DNA from: Bacteroidia bacterium
Lineage (GTDB): Bacteria > Bacteroidota > Bacteroidia > AKYH767-A > OLB10
Direction of reading: 5' to 3'
DNA: 64,000 nucleotides
NCBI GenBank assembly: GCA_017995075.1
Contig: JAGOJO010000004.1
Coordinates: 11,339-75,338, forward strand
The translations under genes were made by a program, and so were the position numbers. Numbering within the stretch: the stretch's first letter is position 1; each line of letters begins with the position of its first letter. Positions 57,501-64,000 of this stretch are shown here, one piece after another. The notes under the pieces are model-generated. The model worked only from the letters and a program-made list of their open reading frames with translations. It had not been told where the DNA came from and made no database searches.

Positions 57501-59937
57501 TAGATTGTCCAACACCGGCATAATATTCACTTGTCTTTAATCCATAATAATATTTCTGCGTCTCGACATTGAATACTACACTGCGGTTGACAGGTCGCCC
57601 TGTTTCATCAAATACAGTGACGAATCCACTCCCTTGCAGTTTTCCTGTTTCACGGTACAACGGATCCAGATACATCGAAGCCGAGAATTCTCCATTTGCA
57701 GAAGTGGTTCCTTCTTTGAACACAGATGGGAAACCTACATTATCAATTCCCCGGATGTAGAAATTGAAACTTTCATATCCTTTGGGTTGGAAGGCCACTT
57801 TATTGAGGTTAAACTGTACTTCGTATTTTCTATTGACAGCAGGTGTTCCAAACAGATTGGCGGCACTTCCTTTCAGTTGAACAGAATCTCCCAGGATATA
57901 ATCGGTTTTATTGGTGTTTACTTTCACAGCGATCCTGTCGGGCATAAATTCTTCAACGCTGATGTTTTTACTGTTCAGCAATACATCGTTGGCGGTGTAG
58001 AGTTCCACCGTGTAGGTTCCTGTTGCTGTTCCGGCGGGTAGAATGAAATCCTGAGCGGAAGCGCCTTGTGCGTTTAACGTTTTGCGTTGAACACTTAATT
58101 CACGGCCATTGGGTTGCAACAGACGAATTTTTACCGGTACAGCCTTGAGTGGTTTCCAGTTTCGTGTCCTGGCGATGATATTGGTGTGAATGGTTTCTCC
58201 CGGACGATATAATTCACGGTCGCCATATATGAAGGCCATGTATCCGGTTGAGTTGTCGCGATATCCTCCGGTTTCAAAGCGGCTGGTCTCTACCCTGGTG
58301 TCGGAAAGCAGCATGTAGTTGAAGTCGTTGCCGCTTCTTGCAGTGATGAGTGCCGGACGAAATGCACTGTATTTATCTTTTAAACCTTTAAAGTTCACCA
58401 CTCCATCACCGTTAGTAGTACCTGTAAACAGCACCTGGTTATTAGAGGAGATGATATTGATGGTTACTTTTTGCATCGGAGTCGCTTCTTTCACCGAATT
58501 AGCGAATACATATACTTCATTTTCTCCGCTGCGTGCGATGAGTCCGATGTCCGATACCGAAACCATCTTACTGGCTTTGATCCACTGGTTCTCGGAAGAC
58601 CTCGCGGTGATCAGGTAAATCCCTCTGAACGGCACATCGTCCTGAAAGTCGAGGCTGAGCAGACTCATGCCATTCTGTTTGGGAAGATCTTTGGAGGAGT
58701 ATTCCTGATCGAGGATGCGGTTGCCAAAGCGGTCGAGATCATAGTCGTTGTAGCTGAATACACTCGATTCTTCGTCTTCGTACCAGTCGTTGTAGCGGTT
58801 GTTCTGCATAAAGGCGAGGATGTTGTTCTCGTAGATTTTATGCACCGAAACTTTTACTTTGGGCATGTTTACAATTTGCAATGCTACTTTTCGGCTACCC
58901 TTCGACGTTAGATACATTCCTTTCGAATGCACAAAGGTGATTCCCGGCTCCTGTTCTCCGAAGTTTACGGTGGCGAAGTAGTCATTTTCCAGACTGCCTC
59001 CCAATAATCCCTGAATCTTATTGCTGATTGCCAGCTCGTAGGCCGATCCTGCAGTGAATCCTCCGCGGAGAAGAATGCCGGACTCCAGCGTTTCTACGCG
59101 ATAGACAATGGTGGGTTCTATTTTGATGAGCTTCTCGATATCGGCCATCAGGACAGGCTGATTGGTAAATATGCGAATGATGCCCTCGCCGTTTTCAAAA
59201 TCTGTTTCAGTTCCTGTTATCTCCAGGTTCGTTATCGGATATAAGTCCCCTTCAAATTTGAGTGCTGGTGCACCATTGTTACATTCAGTACACTTGAGTC
59301 CTTTAGCGATGTTAATAGAGTACTTTCCTTTTCCGGCATCTGAACGATTCAATCCTTCGGCCTGTACCTGAATATTGGTCGATACATTTTGCTCAGGAAC
59401 GGTGAATTGAACCTTTTTGCCGTTCACTTCGCCGGTAATTGCAGCGGCCAGGACAGAAGGATCTACATCATAATTGAAATTGATAGAAGCATGAAAAGTT
59501 AGCAGCTCGTTCGATGTATTGCTGAGTGTCCACCAGGTTTGTACGGCACCAATCGCCAGGTCGGGAGTCCGAAAGGATAATGTTGTTGCATCCAGACTCA
59601 ATTGTCCACGCGTAAATTTCAGCAAAGCGGTCGATAAATGAACTTTGTAGGAGGTGGCAGGTTTAAATCCCGCAGCCGGACTAAAAACCAATTGCCGCGC
59701 TGAATTCCATTTAAACATACCCTTCACTTCCGGCTGGATACTCATATAAGCACTCGAGTCCCATTTCCCGAACACGCTATCCGGGGCCAGGTCGTGGCTA
59801 AAGTCGAAAACAAGGTTCTGAAGGACATCAACCGTATCGCCCAGGTTGGAGTCGGATACACTGACATGGTTACGATTGGTACAGGATACAGCAAACAGGA
59901 TCAGGCAAATGCCTAAGCCGGACAGGAAGGATTTCAT
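54541..59937 (-). CDS. alpha-2-macroglobulin family lipoprotein (1798 aa)
   Basis: The lipobox is LFAVSC and the body is long and rich in MG-like domains. The thioester-type motif YPHGCAEQT has its CAEQ codons at 55915-55926. Confidence 0.9.
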   Translation of the reverse strand: MKSFLSGLGICLILFAVSCTNRNHVSVSDSNLGDTVDVLQNLVFDFSHDLAPDSVFGKWDSSAYMSIQPEVKGMFKWNSARQLVFSPAAGFKPATSYKVHLSTALLKFTRGQLSLDATTLSFRTPDLAIGAVQTWWTLSNTSNELLTFHASINFNYDVDPSVLAAAITGEVNGKKVQFTVPEQNVSTNIQVQAEGLNRSDAGKGKYSINIAKGLKCTECNNGAPALKFEGDLYPITNLEITGTETDFENGEGIIRIFTNQPVLMADIEKLIKIEPTIVYRVETLESGILLRGGFTAGSAYELAISNKIQGLLGGSLENDYFATVNFGEQEPGITFVHSKGMYLTSKGSRKVALQIVNMPKVKVSVHKIYENNILAFMQNNRYNDWYEDEESSVFSYNDYDLDRFGNRILDQEYSSKDLPKQNGMSLLSLDFQDDVPFRGIYLITARSSENQWIKASKMVSVSDIGLIARSGENEVYVFANSVKEATPMQKVTINIISSNNQVLFTGTTNGDGVVNFKGLKDKYSAFRPALITARSGNDFNYMLLSDTRVETSRFETGGYRDNSTGYMAFIYGDRELYRPGETIHTNIIARTRNWKPLKAVPVKIRLLQPNGRELSVQRKTLNAQGASAQDFILPAGTATGTYTVELYTANDVLLNSKNISVEEFMPDRIAVKVNTNKTDYILGDSVQLKGSAANLFGTPAVNRKYEVQFNLNKVAFQPKGYESFNFYIRGIDNVGFPSVFKEGTTSANGEFSASMYLDPLYRETGKLQGSGFVTVFDETGRPVNRSVVFNVETQKYYYGLKTSEYYAGVGQSMQLGMISLNSAGQPAPSTARMQIIKVNYQNILSRSYGDRLHYISQRQEKILQDRQVNLGNKELVTPFTPTESGEYLVRLSLPGSDRYVEEQFYAYGWGYTGSTAFAVNTEGTIDITTDKTSYQPGEKAKVLFKTPFNGRLLITVEQQEVIRYYTLNTDKKAAELQLPIDGEFLPNIYITATLFRKVDDGSIPLTVAHGVAPVMVEEKNNQLPLTIVAAEKSRANTKQQITVKTKPSSDIEVTIAVVDEGILQIRNTETPDPYKFFYQKKALMVDGYDLYLYLLPELKMRRSSTGGDGYDLAKRVNPITNKRVKLITAWSGQLHTNAQGIATYQMDIPSFSGDLRVMAVAYKDGAFGSAEAHMKVADPVVISSALPRFTSPGDTISVPVTFTNTTNKRIDASIKASATGAIKITNGAGERIQLNPGQEQRMVYKIAAPSGTGEGSFNVQVINGKETYSEKTALTVRPPASLQVRNGSGAIKGGQSGAVDFNFGFIPSTAEAELIISRSPLVSFADQLSYLLDYPHGCAEQTISIAFPQIYYGDLVKSLKNKPGYVVQTKTNVQAAITKIQSMQHYSGGIVTWPGQSSTNTWISAYAAHFLTEASKAGFEVNESSKEKLLNYLRNESRKKNTEDYWYWASDKTYTNKKIPAKDIFYSLYVLAINNKADRSTMNYYRSRFNDLCLDSKYLLATTYLAIGDRRTYDDLLPKAFEGEKSGNATGGSFYSYVRDLSMALNSLLTHDPDNAQVGIMVRQLSTEISKRNWMSTQERAISFLALGKFSRLTQQSTVTATLVTSGGKSFNFDGKDLTIRKELVNTKVNFTTKGSGQLYYFWKSEGLTVDGSFKPEDANIRVRKTFFNRNGSEIQGNVFKQNDLIVVRISLENLSRTFIENIVVTDMLPAGFEIENPRISSIPDLDWIKNNSGTEHIDMRDDRINLYTSLSAQPQYYYYVVRAVSPGNYVMGPVSADAMYSGEYHSIHGAGRILVKE

Positions 59938-60211
59938 GGTGAGGTGGAGATTTCGTGATTAACGCAAAAGAATGAAACTTTATATGTTGGTGTAAAAATA
60001 ATTTTTAATGGGGATAATGGGAGGTCTGCATTTCCCAATTTCCATGAAATGCACTGAACCTGCCAAAGTTAATGGTGTTTTTGCTGAAAATGCCGGATAT
60101 GATAACCTCGTCATATGCCAAGCCCTGATTTTTGTCAATTCCTACTGTAACCTAAGTTACCGTGTCAGGTGATTTATTTATCGGATATTTGCATCGTTAA
60201 TCCTGCCTGCC

Positions 60212-60622
60212 ATGTTTGCGAAACTGCAAAGTTCTCTGTTCCACAAGTGTCCACGTTGTCTTGAGGGCGATATGTATCCGGATATGAATCCCTATCATCT
60301 GAAGGAAACATCTCACATGCACTCACATTGTCCGAAGTGTGAACTGAACTTTCAACCGGAGCCCGGATATTTTTATGGGGCGATGTATGTGAGTTATGCC
60401 TTTACCGTGGCGATTTCTGTGGCGGTGTTTATTGCAGATTATCTCTTCTTCTGGGAGCATGGAACATTATTTTTTATTGTGTTCCTGAGTGTGGTGCTGG
60501 CATTGTGCGCGCCGTATACTTTCAGAACAAGCAGAGCAATCTGGTTAAATTTCTTCAATAAGTTCAATCCCGAGCTTCGTAAAAAAGTGCTCGAAGGGAA
60601 GGATTTGAAGATGGAAGTTTAA
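60212..60622 (+). CDS. DUF983 domain membrane protein
   Basis: It has a CPRC...CPKC zinc-ribbon-like pair followed by two TM segments. Confidence 0.65.
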   Translation: MFAKLQSSLFHKCPRCLEGDMYPDMNPYHLKETSHMHSHCPKCELNFQPEPGYFYGAMYVSYAFTVAISVAVFIADYLFFWEHGTLFFIVFLSVVLALCAPYTFRTSRAIWLNFFNKFNPELRKKVLEGKDLKMEV

Positions 60623-61608
60623 CGCGCTAAAAAGGTGCAGGTGTAGTCGATAGTTTCGTCGACGGAGCGAAAGGTAAATCCCGTTTTTATTAGCTTGTCA
60701 GATTTATAATGAAAACAACTGTTGGCCGATCTTGCGGTTTCTTTTGTGATGAATGGTTTTGATCCTGTCACCATGCAGCGGATTTTCTCCAGCGGCCATA
60801 CAATCGATGACATCCATGAGGATACTTTCACTGATGGTGCTTTTACGCCAAGTCTTGCAGCGATTTTATCAAAGAGTGTTTTGAAGGAGATGTTTTCTGC
60901 ACTGATTATATATCGTTCTCCGGTGATAGATTGCTTGTGAAGATGAAGTAAAGCGGCACTAACGTCACGCACATCCGTAAATCCGCTGATCCCTTCTGTG
61001 TAAAAAGGAAATCCGGTTTTTACTTTGTGAAAGAGTGCTGCACTTCCTTTTTTCCAGTCGCCGGGTCCCAGTACGATGGAAGGGTTTACGATGACAGCCG
61101 GTAATCCTTCTGCGATTCCTCTCCACACTTCCCGCTCAGCTCCGTATTTGCTGATGGCGTAACGGCTGGGATTTGTTGCAGATTCCCAATGTGCATTTTC
61201 ATCGAGATATTGTTCTCCGCTTTTACGGCCAAGTGTAGCCACCGAACTAACGTGTGCGAAGTACCGAAAATCCGGTAAGTCAAGGCATAAGTTAACAAGA
61301 TTCGCAGTACCGTCTATGTTTGTCTTCTCCATCAGCGCCGCTTCTTCCGGTATAAATGAGATCATGGCAGCACAGTGATACACGGTATCTATTCCTTGTA
61401 ATGCTTCTTCAAGTGCCAGCAGGTCGAGGAGATCGGCTTCTACCCATTCGATTTTATTACGTAGTTCTGGAATGGACGAAAAGTAAAGTTCAAAAATCTG
61501 CATCGACGATCCGGCGCGTTTGAGTGCACGTACCTGTTTTCCTTCCCTGGCCAGATCACTGAGCAGGCAGGCGCCAATCATGCCGGTTCCTCCGGTTACT
61601 AAAATCAT
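60619..61608 (-). CDS. NAD-dependent epimerase/dehydratase (extended SDR) family protein
   Basis: The Rossmann motif is ILVTGGTGMIGACL and the YxxxK motif is YAISK. I prefer the ATG at 61608. Confidence 0.8.
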   Translation of the reverse strand: MILVTGGTGMIGACLLSDLAREGKQVRALKRAGSSMQIFELYFSSIPELRNKIEWVEADLLDLLALEEALQGIDTVYHCAAMISFIPEEAALMEKTNIDGTANLVNLCLDLPDFRYFAHVSSVATLGRKSGEQYLDENAHWESATNPSRYAISKYGAEREVWRGIAEGLPAVIVNPSIVLGPGDWKKGSAALFHKVKTGFPFYTEGISGFTDVRDVSAALLHLHKQSITGERYIISAENISFKTLFDKIAARLGVKAPSVKVSSWMSSIVWPLEKIRCMVTGSKPFITKETARSANSCFHYKSDKLIKTGFTFRSVDETIDYTCTFLAR

Positions 61609-61779
61609 AGGGGCGAAGATAAAACATTCAGGTCGAGGTGAGGGCGCTGAACAGCTGCTGACTATTTCCGTTGTCACCTGCATTTTATCTCCTGTATTTA
61701 GTAATTTCGTTGCCGTTTCCGGAGCTAACCGATGGCCGGTGCTTCTCTGTAAACAGAAATAATCAGCTTGTAATCAACT

Positions 61780-63084
61780 ATGTCTCAATCTGCTACAACC
61801 AAACTGAATTTTATTGAAGAATTGCGCTGGAGAGGAATGCTTCAGGATATCATGCCCGGAACAGAGGAACTTCTGTCGAAAGGTCCGGTGCGGGGTTATA
61901 TCGGCTTCGACCCGACTTCGGATTCGTTGGGCGTGGGGAACCTCGTGCAGGTGATGATTTTATTGCATTTTCAGCGTTGCGGTCATCAGCCTGTCGCCCT
62001 GGTAGGTGGTGCAACCGGAATGGTGGGTGATCCTTCGGGTAAATCGGCGGAGAGGAATCTCCTGAGTGAGGAAATATTGCAGCAGAATCTCGCGGGACAA
62101 AAAAAGCAACTGGAAAAATTTCTCGATTTTACTGCGGGTCCGGGACAAGCTATGCTGGTGAATAACTACGATTGGTTTAAAGAATTTTCGTTTCTTGATT
62201 TTATCCGTGATGTGGGCAAACATATTACGGTGAATTATATGATGGCGAAGGATAGTGTGCAGAAGCGTCTTGAAACCGGTCTTTCGTTTACTGAATTTAC
62301 TTATCAGCTGGTGCAGGGATATGATTTCTATTATCTCTGGAAAAACCATGGACTCCAATTGCAGATGGGTGGTTCCGATCAATGGGGAAATATTACTACC
62401 GGTACGGAATTAATTCGTCGCATGGATGGTGGTGAGGCTTTCGCGCTGACAACTCCGCTGATCAAAAAAGCAGACGGAACGAAATTCGGAAAAACAGAGA
62501 GCGGAAATATCTGGCTCGATCCGAAGAAAACATCTCCGTATAAATTTTATCAGTTCTGGTTGAATAGCTCGGATGAGGATAGCAAAAATTACATCCGCAT
62601 TTTTACAACCATGACTCGTGAAGCTGTTGAAGCACTGGAAGCAGAACATCAGGCAGCTCCGCATCTTCGTTTGTTGCAGAAGGCGATTGCGAAGGAAGTA
62701 ACGATTCGCGTGCATAGTGAAGCAGATTACAATGCTGCTGTGGAAGCCTCTGAAATTTTATTCGGTAACGCTCCAACAGAAGCATTGAGTCGTCTCGATG
62801 AAGATACATTGCTGAGTGTGTTCGAAGGTGTTCCGCAAGTGACCATTTCCCGTGCTGAATTCGAAGCCGGTATTCCGGTACTCGATCTGCTGGCGGATAA
62901 ATCATCTATCTTCCCATCGCGTGGTGAAGCACGTAAGCTGATTCAAAGCGGTGGAGTAAGTGTGAATAAACAAAAGCTTGCTGATCCGAATGCCGTGCAA
63001 TCGATGGAGGGAATGCTACAGGGTAAATATCTCCTCGTGCAAAAAGGAAAGAAAAATTATTATCTGATTATCTGCGGAGCTTAA
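61780..63084 (+). CDS. tyrS: tyrosine--tRNA ligase
   Basis: It has a HIGH-like motif (DSLGVGN), the KMSKS-like KFGKT and a C-terminal S4 domain. Confidence 0.93.
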   Translation: MSQSATTKLNFIEELRWRGMLQDIMPGTEELLSKGPVRGYIGFDPTSDSLGVGNLVQVMILLHFQRCGHQPVALVGGATGMVGDPSGKSAERNLLSEEILQQNLAGQKKQLEKFLDFTAGPGQAMLVNNYDWFKEFSFLDFIRDVGKHITVNYMMAKDSVQKRLETGLSFTEFTYQLVQGYDFYYLWKNHGLQLQMGGSDQWGNITTGTELIRRMDGGEAFALTTPLIKKADGTKFGKTESGNIWLDPKKTSPYKFYQFWLNSSDEDSKNYIRIFTTMTREAVEALEAEHQAAPHLRLLQKAIAKEVTIRVHSEADYNAAVEASEILFGNAPTEALSRLDEDTLLSVFEGVPQVTISRAEFEAGIPVLDLLADKSSIFPSRGEARKLIQSGGVSVNKQKLADPNAVQSMEGMLQGKYLLVQKGKKNYYLIICGA

Positions 63085-63118
63085 TTCCAACGCAGTTGAA
63101 TAGTGAAATCTCTTAATC

Positions 63119-63325
63119 ATGTCTCCACAACGCAGAGTAATTATTGTGATGTTATCGGTTGGTGCCGGTTCTTTTTTATCGTATCTTCTTTACAAAGCCC
63201 GTCGCGGTGGTGCTGAACTGACGACTCAGGATCAACATGTCTTGCTCACAAATATGATTTTTTCAGTGGGTATTATTCTGGGTGTCGGATTTATGTTCCT
63301 CTGGAAAAAGAAGAAGGATCTTTGA
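63119..63325 (+). CDS. small hypothetical membrane protein (68 aa, two TM segments)
   Basis: The ORF has two hydrophobic segments. I recognise no motif. Confidence 0.4.
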   Translation: MSPQRRVIIVMLSVGAGSFLSYLLYKARRGGAELTTQDQHVLLTNMIFSVGIILGVGFMFLWKKKKDL

Positions 63326-63361
63326 TTGCTGATCATCGTACTGTTTTAAATATTTCACATC

Positions 63362-64000
63362 ATGGAACGAGTCCCGAATGAACTGATTCATGCTACGTCG
63401 CCGTATTTGTTGCAGCATGCTTATAATCCTGTGAACTGGTATCCCTGGGGCGAAGAGGCGCTGAAGAAAGCACGTGATGAAAATAAACTCCTGATCATTA
63501 GTGTGGGTTATTCTTCCTGTCACTGGTGTCATGTGATGGAGCACGAGAGTTTTGAGGATGTGGAAGTGGCAACGGTGATGAATAAATCATTCGTTTGTAT
63601 TAAAGTGGATCGTGAGGAGCGTCCCGATATTGATCAGATTTATATGGATGCAGTGCAACTGATGACGGGTCGTGGTGGCTGGCCATTGAACGTGATTGCA
63701 CTTCCTGATCAGCGTCCGCTCTATGGTGGTACTTATTTTCCGAAGGAGCAGTGGCGCGAAACGTTGTTGCAACTCGCCGCTGTGTTTAGAAATGATCCGG
63801 CGAAGTGTGATCAGTATGCTTCCGAACTGACAGCCGGTGTGCAGAAGCTGGGTAAAATTATTGTTCCTCCTGATGATGCGGATAGAATGTATCCTGATCA
63901 TGCTGCCATGCTGGATCGCTGGTCGAAGCAATGGGATCGGGAGGAAGGTGGAATGTTGCGTGCGCCGAAGTTTCCAATGCCGGATAGCTATCGTTATCTG
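63362..64000 (+). CDS. thioredoxin domain-containing protein (DUF255/YyaL family), 3'-truncated by the window edge
   Basis: This ORF is not in the track because it has no stop in the window. My own translation from the ATG at 63362 gives [34 protein letters not shown]...[17 protein letters not shown]...[12 protein letters not shown]. Confidence 0.85.
   Translation, partial: MERVPNELIHATSPYLLQHAYNPVNWYPWGEEALKKARDENKLLIISVGYSSCHWCHVMEHESFEDVEVATVMNKSFVCIKVDREERPDIDQIYMDAVQLMTGRGGWPLNVIALPDQRPLYGGTYFPKEQWRETLLQLAAVFRNDPAKCDQYASELTAGVQKLGKIIVPPDDADRMYPDHAAMLDRWSKQWDREEGGMLRAPKFPMPDSYRYL

Noticed and set aside
1-64000. tRNA, rRNA, tmRNA, RNase P and SRP RNA genes, transposases and integrases.
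   Set aside because: Scanning ORF-free stretches by eye found no T-loop (GGTTCGAATCC-like) motif, no GAGGAAAGTCC and no SRP motif. No ORF has DDE, tyrosine-recombinase or serine-recombinase motifs. A tRNAscan/Infernal run is needed to be certain.

Overview
This is a 64-kb chromosomal segment from a Bacteroidota genome. The diagnostic features are gldH, a PorV/PorU-like pair, cargo with both type A and type B T9SS C-terminal sorting domains, a TAnnTTTG -7 box and almost no Shine-Dalgarno sequences. I call about 55 protein-coding genes, most of them housekeeping: pheS, pgk, holB, recQ, tatC, lptB, kdsB, kpsF, purS, pssA, pdxA, pepA and tyrS. Mixed in are envelope and secretion genes: an alpha-2-macroglobulin/pbpC operon, a PorV/PorQ-like barrel with a 1676-aa PorU-like C25 peptidase, gldH and T9SS cargo. 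There is also one HK/RR pair, a TPR-adenylate cyclase and a small AT-rich MntA/HepT toxin-antitoxin islet. I saw no rRNA, tRNA, CRISPR, transposase or integrase genes. The unusual part of the window is its non-coding DNA. (i) An exact 80-bp tandem array lies between pgk and cvpA. (ii) A REP/MITE-like repeat family carrying a 28-bp palindrome brackets two consecutive minus-strand genes. (iii) A ~535-bp hierarchical array of about 35 octamers interleaved with hairpin modules ends about 10 bp before the holB promoter box. The best gene-level candidate for an under-described system is the PorV-like/giant PorU-like operon at 36996-43132. All functional calls come from motif recognition by eye; no database search was run.
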